64,000 nt of DNA, from assembly GCA_024228395.1 (NCBI GenBank), contig JAAETM010000018.1:2440-66439 (forward strand). The letters are read 5' to 3'. Positions 33,241-41,660 of this stretch are shown here, piece after piece. The first letter of the stretch is position 1; each line of letters begins with the position of its first letter. The position numbers and the translations under genes were made by a program. This DNA is from a bacterium. Lineage in GTDB: Bacteria; Planctomycetota; UBA1135; GCA-002686595. The notes under the pieces are model-generated. The model was not told the DNA's origin, ran no database searches, and saw only the letters and a list, made by a program, of their open reading frames with translations.

Positions 33241-34631
33241 TGGCGTTCCTATTGGCGCAGCACTTCGAAAAGGAGGGCTTTGGCGAGCAGGCCTTCCACG
33301 GGGCCACGACGATCCACCCGGCCGCCTTGATCCTCGTGCTGGTGTTGATCGCCTTGACCCTGATCGTCAAGCGCAACAAGGCCGTCTATCCGATCATCTT
33401 CGCGGCCTGCTTCTTGCCCGCCGCCCAACGGTTGGTCATCGTCGGCGCGGACTTTTCCATGCTGCGCCTGCTGATCTTGGCGGGCATGCTGCGGGTCTTC
33501 TTCAAGGGCGAAGTGAAGAACTACCAATGGATCAAACTCGATACGCTGGTGACTGCCTGGTGCGTGATCAGTGCGTTGGCTTACATTGTGCTGTGGGGAT
33601 CGATGGGGCAGTTCATTTTCCGCGTGGGCCAGCTGTATGACATATTGGGGCTGTATCTCTACTTCCGCGTGGTCATTCGAAAGTGGGGGGACGTGGAAGG
33701 TGCGGTGCGTTTCACGATTTTGCTGACTCCCGTTCTGCTGGCGTTATTTTTTCTTGAGAAGCAGACCGGGAAGAACCCATTCCACTTCTTGGGTGCCCAA
33801 GAGTGGGCCACCATTCGCCATTTTCGGGTTCGCTGCCAGGGACCGTTTCCCCATGCGATTCTGGCGGGCACCTACTTCGCCGCGGTATTGCCGATGGCCC
33901 TGGCGCTCTTCTTCCGGCCCAAGGGCAAGGCCTTTGTAATCAGGTCCCTCATCGGTGTGATGGGGCTGGTGTATTTGTGCGCGTCGAGCACGCCCTTGGT
34001 TGGTGTGACGGCCGGTTTCCTGGGTCTGGCGGGTTGGACCCTGCGCTATCGCATGGCGTTGATTCGCATGGGCACGGTGGCGGCTCTCTTCGCCTTGCAC
34101 ATGGTGATGGAAGCGTCCGTCTGGCACCTGATTTCGCGCATGAGTTTTTCCAAGGGCAATACCGCCTACCACCGCTTTTTGTTGATTGACAATTCGATTC
34201 GATATTTCACGGAGTGGGCTGCAATTGGAGTGAAGGGGACAGCACATTGGGGCCATGCCATGGGCGATTTGACCAACCAATTCGTGCGGGAAGGCGCGCG
34301 CGGCGGTTTCCTTTCCCTGATCTTCTTCTGTTGGGCCCTGGCCGAGGGCTTCAGCTTGTGTGGCAAGCTCTGGCGGCGCGTGCGGCGCAATAAGGTCAAG
34401 CGCTACATGGTCTGGGGTTTGGGTACGGCCCTTTTCGCCCACTGCCTGATGTTCCTCTCGATCTCGATTACCCACAGTCAGCAGAACATGAGTTTGTTCT
34501 TCTTCATTCTGGCATCCCTGGGCAGCTTGTCCCTGCTAGGCAAAAAAACCAAGCGCAAGCGCAAGGGGCCGCGTTCGATGGCGATGAATTCAAACCGGCC
34601 GCAGGATGAACTCCAGGAGGAGGCCGCCTGA
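33240..34631 (+). CDS. O-antigen ligase/polymerase-like (Wzy-type) integral membrane protein
   Basis: About 10 hydrophobic helices with a loop-rich central segment. The ATG overlaps the upstream stop (TGATG). Locus context. Confidence 0.6.
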   Translation: MAFLLAQHFEKEGFGEQAFHGATTIHPAALILVLVLIALTLIVKRNKAVYPIIFAACFLPAAQRLVIVGADFSMLRLLILAGMLRVFFKGEVKNYQWIKLDTLVTAWCVISALAYIVLWGSMGQFIFRVGQLYDILGLYLYFRVVIRKWGDVEGAVRFTILLTPVLLALFFLEKQTGKNPFHFLGAQEWATIRHFRVRCQGPFPHAILAGTYFAAVLPMALALFFRPKGKAFVIRSLIGVMGLVYLCASSTPLVGVTAGFLGLAGWTLRYRMALIRMGTVAALFALHMVMEASVWHLISRMSFSKGNTAYHRFLLIDNSIRYFTEWAAIGVKGTAHWGHAMGDLTNQFVREGARGGFLSLIFFCWALAEGFSLCGKLWRRVRRNKVKRYMVWGLGTALFAHCLMFLSISITHSQQNMSLFFFILASLGSLSLLGKKTKRKRKGPRSMAMNSNRPQDELQEEAA

Positions 34632-35632
34632 TGCTGGACGCGGCCACACAGACCATTGAACTTTCCGTGTTGGTGGTGAGCTATCAAACCCGGGAGTTGA
34701 CCTTGGCGTGCTTGCGTTCCCTGCTGCAAGAGACCAATGCGGTTTGCATGGAGGTCCTGGTGCTCGACAATGATTCTTCCGATGGCAGTGCCGAGGCCAT
34801 CGCTGAAGAATTTCCGGAACTCACCCTGTTCGCCCTCCAGGAGAACCTGGGATTCGGAGCTGCCAACAATTACCTGGCGGATCGCGCAACGGGCCGGCGC
34901 CTGTTGCTACTGAATCCTGATACGCTCGTCTTGCATGGTGCCGTGGATCACCTGTGGGCGTTCGCGGAGTCGCATGCCGGCGCCCAGCTTTGGGGCGGGC
35001 GCACCTTGTTTGAAGACCGCAGCCTGAATCCATCCTCCTGCTGGGGCGCCCCGACCCCGTGGAGCGCATTGAGCCTCGGGCTCGGCCTCGCACGTGCCTT
35101 TCCACGCAGTCCATTGTTTCACCCCGAAGGCTTGGGTGCCTGGAAACGTGACACGGTGCGTGAGGTTCCCATCGTTTCCGGGTGCTTCTTGATGATCGAT
35201 CGCGATCTATGGCAGAGCCTGCAAGGTTTCCACCCGGACTTCTTCATGTATGGGGAGGACGCGGACCTGTGTCTGCGCGCCAACGCTCACGGGGCGCGTC
35301 CGCTGATCGATCCCGATGCGGTCATCGTGCACTATGGCGGAGCTTCGGAACGTGGTGTTCGCGCGGGAAAAATGACCCGCCTGTTCACGGCCAAGGCCCA
35401 GCTGTACCGCAAATTCTGGGGGGCGGGTTCGGCGCGCTTCGGACTTCTTTCCCTGGACCTTTGGACCCTGGTGCGGTGCTTTGCATTTGGCTTGTTGGCC
35501 TTGGTGGGCAAGGGCTCTCCCGCGTCGCGTTCGGCATGGAAAGAGGTCTGGCAGGGCCGCGATGCCTGGCACAGTGCCTTCCACAGAACGCAACCCTACA
35601 AAGCACCCGGTGGGGGCGGGGCCCACCCATGA
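34631..35632 (+). CDS. Family 2 glycosyltransferase (WbbL/rhamnosyltransferase-like)
   Basis: LSVLVVSYQTRELTLACLRSLL...VLDNDSSDGS...LLLNPDT...GEDADLCLR. The start overlaps the upstream stop. Confidence 0.8.
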   Translation: MLDAATQTIELSVLVVSYQTRELTLACLRSLLQETNAVCMEVLVLDNDSSDGSAEAIAEEFPELTLFALQENLGFGAANNYLADRATGRRLLLLNPDTLVLHGAVDHLWAFAESHAGAQLWGGRTLFEDRSLNPSSCWGAPTPWSALSLGLGLARAFPRSPLFHPEGLGAWKRDTVREVPIVSGCFLMIDRDLWQSLQGFHPDFFMYGEDADLCLRANAHGARPLIDPDAVIVHYGGASERGVRAGKMTRLFTAKAQLYRKFWGAGSARFGLLSLDLWTLVRCFAFGLLALVGKGSPASRSAWKEVWQGRDAWHSAFHRTQPYKAPGGGGAHP

Positions 35633-36090
35633 GCAAGCGAAGTGGAAAGCGTATTTTGGCTGTGGCCTCGGGTGGTGGACATTGGGTGCAGATGATGCGT
35701 CTGCGCCCGGCGTTTGAGGGCTACGAGGTGGCCTTCCTCAGTGTGCATCCTGAATATCAGGAGCAGGTTCGGGGCCATCGCCTGTATGTGGTCGCGGATT
35801 CCAACGCCAAGAACAAAATCGCTGTGATCAAAACGGCTTGGGGCGTATGGCACGCCCTGCGCAAGGAGCGTCCAGATGTGGTGATCTCCACGGGGGCTGC
35901 ACCCGGCGGATTGGCCCTGTTCTTCGCCAAGCGCATGGGGGCCAAAACGATCTGGTTGGACTCTATCGCCAACGCGGAGGTGCTGTCCCTTTCCGGGCAG
36001 AAGGCCGGCGCCTACGCGGACCTGTGGCTGACCCAATGGCCGGAGCTCGCCAAGCAGGATGGGCCGGAATACTCGGGGAGTGTACTGTGA
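35629..36090 (+). CDS. Alg14-like / PssD-like glycosyltransferase membrane-association subunit
   Basis: ILAVASGGGHWVQMMRL...VVISTGAAPG. ATGA overlap with the upstream GT2 stop. Confidence 0.7.
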   Translation: MSKRSGKRILAVASGGGHWVQMMRLRPAFEGYEVAFLSVHPEYQEQVRGHRLYVVADSNAKNKIAVIKTAWGVWHALRKERPDVVISTGAAPGGLALFFAKRMGAKTIWLDSIANAEVLSLSGQKAGAYADLWLTQWPELAKQDGPEYSGSVL

Positions 36091-36581
36091 TTCTCGTCAC
36101 CGTTGGAACCCAGGTCGCGTTCGACCGCTTGGTGCGCACCGTGGATGCGTGGGCTGGGGATAATGGAATCTCGGGAGTGTTCGCCCAAATCGGCCCCAGC
36201 GACTACGAACCCCAATCGATCGAATTTGCCCAGTTCATGGATCCTCCGAGCTTTGAGGAGCTCTTCATCAAAGCGGACGTGGTCATCGCCCATGCCGGCA
36301 TGGGCACAATTCTGAAGGCCTTGGAGCTCGGCAAGCCCGTCTTGATCATGCCGCGCAGGGCATCCCTTGGGGAACAGCGCAATGAGCATCAGCTGGCAAC
36401 CGCGGAACGCTTCAAGAAACTAGGAGTCGTGCGCGTTGCCGCCGATGAAAACGAGTTGCTTGCGCAATTGAATCAGTTGCAAGATATGCAAACTGCTGAT
36501 CGAATTGGAAGCAGCGCCTCCACGCAGTTGATCGATCGCTTGAAGGGCTTTTTGTGTGAGCACCTGGGTGATTCCGAATAG
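36087..36581 (+). CDS. Alg13-like / PssE-like glycosyltransferase catalytic subunit (GT28 C-terminal domain)
   Basis: ILVTVGTQVAFDRL...VIAHAGMGTILKALELGKPVLIMPR...EQRNEHQ. GTGA overlap with the Alg14-like stop. Confidence 0.7.
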   Translation: MILVTVGTQVAFDRLVRTVDAWAGDNGISGVFAQIGPSDYEPQSIEFAQFMDPPSFEELFIKADVVIAHAGMGTILKALELGKPVLIMPRRASLGEQRNEHQLATAERFKKLGVVRVAADENELLAQLNQLQDMQTADRIGSSASTQLIDRLKGFLCEHLGDSE

Positions 36582-36589
36582 GCGTTGGC

Positions 36590-38491
36590 CTACTGGTTGT
36601 TGATCCCCATCAGGTCACCCGTATCATCCCAGCGGTTGCCTTTCATGTGGATGGGGCCATCCCCGTCGAGCACGCCGTATCGGTATTGACGGCCGAAGCG
36701 GTTGTTGATGATGCGTACGTTGGTGGGCGGGCCATGGCCCCGGCCCTTGTCGGTGATGTACAAGGTGAAATTGCCGCCGGACAACCAGTTGTTTTCGATG
36801 AGCACATCGTCGATGGGGCCCAGTCCGGTTTGAATGATCAGGCAGGCGTTGGACTTATAGGGCTCACCGATGTTGATCGGGATGTCGAAAAAGTTGCCCC
36901 GGAACACCATACCGGTGCCATCGCGGCTTTGGTTGGCATCCGCGTGGGCGCCTTCCGCTGTTCCAATATGGTGTACCCAGCAGTACTCCACGACCGAGCC
37001 ACTTGAGGTCTTGAATCCATCGCCCCCACTTTCGTGAATGTTCAGGCGTTGGGCGGTAAACCCCTCCCCGAACACGCAGGAACTATACACGTTGTAAACC
37101 TCACCATCTTGCAGCAGGATGCCATTGTTGCCAAAGTTGCACTGCACTCCGTAGCGAGAACCCTTGCCGTCGACAATGAAGTTGCGCACGGTCACGTTGT
37201 TGGCCCGAATCACCAGGGGACCCTCGATGTGCACATTCTCGATGACCGTTCCATCCTCCGTCACAGTGATGGGGCCCACCTTGCGAAGGGCTGAAGGGGC
37301 CCGGGGTCCGGTGTTGTGAGGTCCTGGTTTGACGCCATGGCCATCGGTACCGCCTGCTGGTTTGACCTGCAGGTGCACCGTTCGCTCACAGCTCCCTAGC
37401 TTGTTGCTCGCATTTGTGAAGAGGATTTTTGCGTCATAGGTTCCCGGCTTGAATTTAGCGATGGCGTCCTTGTCAAAGGACAAAGGCAGCAGCAGCTGAG
37501 CTCCGGGCGCTAGCTCGCCCGAGTGGCTCGGGAGTTTTAACCAGGCACTCTGGTTTTCTATCTTCCAGGACAGGGGTTTGGTTCCGATGTTGTGCAACCT
37601 CCAGCCACGGCTGGAGACCACCACCCCTTGCCCTTGGGCCGCTAGAATCGAAATGTCCTTGCTCGGACCGACCGACAGGTGTCCGTGGCCTCCATAGCCA
37701 CTGCCCGCGCGGAAGTTGTTGACGATCTGCTCTTTCTTGAGTGCCGTGTCGTAGATAGCCATTCTGAAAAGGTCGCCCAGCCAAGGCAAGGTCGCCCCCA
37801 GTTCGCTGGCCACGACCAAGCGGTAACTCGAGTCCCAGTTGCCCAAAGTGCCAGGCGTGTTTCTACTGCACTTCTGTGTGCCGTTCACAAATAAGCGAGT
37901 GGTGCCATCCTCTGCCTTGGTGTAGACCAGATGTTGAATGCCAAGCTGGGCAACGCCTGCCGGGGTTGTGTGCATGGGCTGCCCGTTCAAGTCTGTGAGC
38001 GTGGTGCGCAACCGCATGTTGAAAGTGTCGCTGGGCTCTTCCGTCCCGGGTCCTTGGCCCAGGGAGAAATTGCGCATGGTCGGTCCGTTGGAAATGCCAA
38101 TCAAGTGCGCCGTTCCACCGGGGGTCAGGTTGGTGGGCCGGATCCAGGCCTCCACGGTGAACTGTTGCGTTTTGCGGATGCGCTCGATCACCCGCCGTGC
38201 CGGCCCAACCGAGTTCAAGGTCGTGGGGGAGTGAATGCCCAGGCCCCCGGAAATCCAGTGGACAGCACCGGCATCCTTGATGACCAAATCCAGGGGGGGG
38301 AGAGCCCCCGAGACATCGTGCACCTTGGTTCCAGAGGCTTCGGCAAAACGGTACTCCACCAATAGGCCCGCTTTCTCCCGCAGGGGAGCCTCTTGTACCT
38401 TGGGCTTCTGTGCGGCACCAGACTCGCAAAGCCAGCCAGCCACCAAGAGAAACAGGCAGACGAAGTGTTGAGAAGGGGCGTATCTGGACAT
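36590..38491 (-). CDS. Secreted LamG (Laminin_G_3-like) + right-handed beta-helix protein, paralog 1
   Basis: Signal peptide FVCLFLLVAGWLCESGAAQ. LamG-like block LLVEYRFAEASG...FTVEAWIRP...PWLGDLFRMAIYDTALKKEQI. Beta-helix-like C-terminus ITVTEDGTVIENVHIEG...ANNVTVRNFIVDG...GAHADANQS...NRWDDTGDLMGINNQ. Confidence 0.75.
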   Translation of the reverse strand: MSRYAPSQHFVCLFLLVAGWLCESGAAQKPKVQEAPLREKAGLLVEYRFAEASGTKVHDVSGALPPLDLVIKDAGAVHWISGGLGIHSPTTLNSVGPARRVIERIRKTQQFTVEAWIRPTNLTPGGTAHLIGISNGPTMRNFSLGQGPGTEEPSDTFNMRLRTTLTDLNGQPMHTTPAGVAQLGIQHLVYTKAEDGTTRLFVNGTQKCSRNTPGTLGNWDSSYRLVVASELGATLPWLGDLFRMAIYDTALKKEQIVNNFRAGSGYGGHGHLSVGPSKDISILAAQGQGVVVSSRGWRLHNIGTKPLSWKIENQSAWLKLPSHSGELAPGAQLLLPLSFDKDAIAKFKPGTYDAKILFTNASNKLGSCERTVHLQVKPAGGTDGHGVKPGPHNTGPRAPSALRKVGPITVTEDGTVIENVHIEGPLVIRANNVTVRNFIVDGKGSRYGVQCNFGNNGILLQDGEVYNVYSSCVFGEGFTAQRLNIHESGGDGFKTSSGSVVEYCWVHHIGTAEGAHADANQSRDGTGMVFRGNFFDIPINIGEPYKSNACLIIQTGLGPIDDVLIENNWLSGGNFTLYITDKGRGHGPPTNVRIINNRFGRQYRYGVLDGDGPIHMKGNRWDDTGDLMGINNQ

Positions 38492-38655
38492 GATTGCGAA
38501 GCTGGACCAATGGGGAGTACTGGCTTTCAAGTTGACCCAAGCATAATCAAAATCCGGCCCGTTGGATGTTCTGCGGCGGGGTAAAATCGGCTCCAACAAA
38601 GATTGGGCTGGCACGGTCTCCCGAGCCAGCCCAATGTGCTTTCAAGCGGGGTGCG

Positions 38656-41265
38656 CTACTCGTTGTTGATCGACATCAGCTCGTCGTTGTCGTCCCAGCG
38701 ATTGCCGGAAATGAGCACGTAGCCGGTGATGTTGAGGACGCCGTAGCGGTAGTTGCGACCAAAGCGGTTGTTTAACAAACGCGCATTGGTGGGGTTGCCG
38801 TAGTTCGGGCGGCTTGAGCCCGGGGGCGGAAGCTTGTTCTCGATGTAAACCGTGAAATTGCCACCATCGAGCCAGTTGTCTTCGATCAGGATATTGTCGA
38901 TCGGGCCATCTCCAGTCTGCATGATGAAGGCTGCGTTTTGCTTGTAGGGTGCACCGATATCGATCGGCAGGTCCATGAAGTTTCGACGGAAGATGAAGTT
39001 GTTTCCCGAACGGGTTTGGTTGCAGTCCGAGTGGGCACCGGGCTTTGTACCTAGATGGTGCACCCAGCATTCCTCGACCACAACGTCATTGGTACACTTG
39101 AAGCCATCACCGCCACTGTCGTGAAGATTGAGACGTCGGGCTTCGAAGCCTCCCCCGTAGATGTGCGCACTATCCACATTGAATAGTTCACCATCTTCGA
39201 TCACGATGCCCGAGTGGCCTCCCGTGGCCCGGATGGCGTAGGGCGTGTTGCCCGGGTCCACTTTGAAGTTGCGGATCGTCACGTTGTTCGCCTCGATGAA
39301 GATGGTGCCGTGCACAAAGACGTTTTCAAGAACCGTCCCGTCTTGGGTGATGGTCAAGCCACCCACGTCATCCAGGATGCTCGGGTCGCTGGGTCCGGTG
39401 TTCTGCGGTCCAGGGCGTTCGCCGGATCCGGGACCGCTTTCGGTGATCACTCGCAGGTGAATGCTCTTTTCAGTGGTGCCGTAACTGCTCGTGTTGTTGG
39501 TGAAGTTGGCGACGGCCGCATAGGATCCGGGGGGCAGGGCCATGATTTGTGCTTGGTCCAATTGGATACCCGTGGTGGAGCCTTGCTCGGGAGCCAGGGT
39601 GCCGTTTGCACTGGCCAATGAGACCCAGGGTTGGTTCACACCAGCACTCCATTCCAGGCTCGCTGAACCCAGGTTGGAAAGGTCGAATTCATCCACGCTC
39701 ATGTAGATGCCTTGACCAAGGGTTGCGGTCACTTGGATCTGGGCGTTGGGCGTTACGCAGAGTTGACCCACCTCGGCCGCTCCACTGCCAGCCAAGCGGT
39801 TTTGATTGATCTCCGCCGGTGTGAGGGCGCGGTCGTAGATCGCCATCAGGAAAAGGTCTCCAAGCCAAGGACGGGACGCGCCAATTTCACCGGCGATCGC
39901 CATGCGATAGCTCGTGTCCCAATTGTCCATGTCTCCGCCAAGCTGATTTTGTGCTGCCACTTGCCCATTCACGAACAACCTGGATAGGCCATCTGCGCGT
40001 CGGGAATAAACCACGTGCTGCAGGCCTAGGGAGACACTGCCAGCGCTCGTTGTGAGCAGCGGCATGCCATCCAGGTCCGTGGCGCTGGTGCGGATGCGCA
40101 TGTTGAAGGTATCCTTGGGTTGGCTTCCCCAAAGGCCTTGGCCCAGTGTGAAGTTGCGTAGACTCGGCCCATTGGAAATGCCGAATATCCGGGCGGGTCC
40201 GTCTTGATTGAGGCTCGATGGGCGCAACCACGCCTCCACGGTGATTTCACCGCTCTGCTGGATGCTCTGGGTGGCCCTGGTGGCGGGCCCAGGCGTCGCG
40301 AGCAGGGTCGGGTTCGTAATCGATATTCCGCCGGGCAGCCAGGTGACTGAGTTGGGGTCTTCGATGGTCAGGTCAAGGGCCGGGCTGACTCCGGAAATGT
40401 CCTGAACGACGGAACCGCCGCCCTCTTCGAAGTGGTACTCCGCGAGCAAACCATTTGTGATGCGGCCCTCTTCTTCGCTGAATTCCACGGTGACATCAAT
40501 GATGTGGGCCTCTCCGGACCTCGGAACCATTTCGCCGGTGAGTTGTGTGTCGTAGGTCCCCCCTCCAAGGGCTCCAAGGATAACTTCGTCGACGGCGAGA
40601 GAGACCTCCTGTGTTTCCCCGGGTTCAAGCGGTTCATTGTTGGGGGTTTCAATCACGAGCCAAGCGTCCTCGCTCGTGAGGCTCCAATGGAGCGCTGCGT
40701 TGCCCGAGTTCGTGATGGTGACGGTTCCATTGGATCCGGATGATGCATTGTTTGAACTAGCTTGAATCGTAAGTTCACTTTCCGGCCTTATCTGGAGGAT
40801 TCCCCTGCTTGGCGGGCCGACCGAAAGCTGGAAGGGAATGAAGATGTCTCCCGCAGCGTTGCTCAGGGTCCGGAGTGTCAGGTTGGAAGGGTAGGCTCCC
40901 TCGGGTAGGCCTGCAGCTTGAGCCTGGTCGATCTCGACGGTCACCTCGGTTGAGGCCCCGGCAGTCAATATGCCTCCATTCGGAGTGGTTGTGAGCCAAG
41001 TCACCTCGGCGTCCATGCTCCACTGCACCACCTCCGACCCGAAGTTCTGGAGCGTGTAGGTTCTCGTTCCCTGGGGGAAAGGTCCCCCTTGGGGGCCTAT
41101 GATGTTAAAGACCGATCCATCGGACACGCCGGCTCCTAGCGTGATGGTGCCTTCATCTCCAGTTCCAACGGAACCGGAGGTGGGGCTGCAGGAGCCCAGG
41201 ATCGAAATGAGTGAGGCCAGGCCAATCAGGCCCAGCAGGTTGCGCTTGCGGTGTTTCGCGATCAT
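38656..41265 (-). CDS. LamG + beta-helix lipoprotein, paralog 2 (extra N-terminal Ig-like domains)
   Basis: Lipobox LISILGSC. LLAEYHFEEGGG...ITVEAWLRP...PWLGDLFLMAIYDRALTPAEI...GAHSDCNQT...NRWDDNDELMSINNE. Collinear with paralogs 1 and 3. Confidence 0.8.
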   Translation of the reverse strand: MIAKHRKRNLLGLIGLASLISILGSCSPTSGSVGTGDEGTITLGAGVSDGSVFNIIGPQGGPFPQGTRTYTLQNFGSEVVQWSMDAEVTWLTTTPNGGILTAGASTEVTVEIDQAQAAGLPEGAYPSNLTLRTLSNAAGDIFIPFQLSVGPPSRGILQIRPESELTIQASSNNASSGSNGTVTITNSGNAALHWSLTSEDAWLVIETPNNEPLEPGETQEVSLAVDEVILGALGGGTYDTQLTGEMVPRSGEAHIIDVTVEFSEEEGRITNGLLAEYHFEEGGGSVVQDISGVSPALDLTIEDPNSVTWLPGGISITNPTLLATPGPATRATQSIQQSGEITVEAWLRPSSLNQDGPARIFGISNGPSLRNFTLGQGLWGSQPKDTFNMRIRTSATDLDGMPLLTTSAGSVSLGLQHVVYSRRADGLSRLFVNGQVAAQNQLGGDMDNWDTSYRMAIAGEIGASRPWLGDLFLMAIYDRALTPAEINQNRLAGSGAAEVGQLCVTPNAQIQVTATLGQGIYMSVDEFDLSNLGSASLEWSAGVNQPWVSLASANGTLAPEQGSTTGIQLDQAQIMALPPGSYAAVANFTNNTSSYGTTEKSIHLRVITESGPGSGERPGPQNTGPSDPSILDDVGGLTITQDGTVLENVFVHGTIFIEANNVTIRNFKVDPGNTPYAIRATGGHSGIVIEDGELFNVDSAHIYGGGFEARRLNLHDSGGDGFKCTNDVVVEECWVHHLGTKPGAHSDCNQTRSGNNFIFRRNFMDLPIDIGAPYKQNAAFIMQTGDGPIDNILIEDNWLDGGNFTVYIENKLPPPGSSRPNYGNPTNARLLNNRFGRNYRYGVLNITGYVLISGNRWDDNDELMSINNE

Positions 41266-41660
41266 ACCTTCAACTACGGTTGCACCCTGAAGTTTGAGTG
41301 CTAACCGATGGAGTGGATACTCCTGTGCATGGTCCCCTAGGGGCCCACGCGGGCGAGATTGGCTGGCACCATTGCTTCTGATTTGTGCCGGCGGGTTCCT
41401 GCCTCCTCCACGGGCCCGCGATCATGGACCGCAGGGACGTGGGGAAACGAGTTCCCATGCCGGGGCCCCTGAGGGAGCCGTGGCGTGGTATCGACGACCC
41501 CCATTGGGACCCTTGATCGAGATGAGGAGTTTTTGAATTGGCCTGATCAGGTTGGGGCAGGGGCACTTGATGGGCGCCAGGGGGAGGGGCAAGCCTCAAA
41601 TAAAGACGGCGGGAGCGACCCAAGTGTCGCTCCCGCCGTCCAATAAATCTGGGCCTGAGA

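Noticed and set aside
35182-35628. Long ORF 35182..36090 as a 302-aa protein
   Set aside because: Its first 149 codons overlap the GT2 gene in another frame and are Arg/Gly-rich. The Alg14-like homology begins at the ATG at 35629, which overlaps the GT2 stop.
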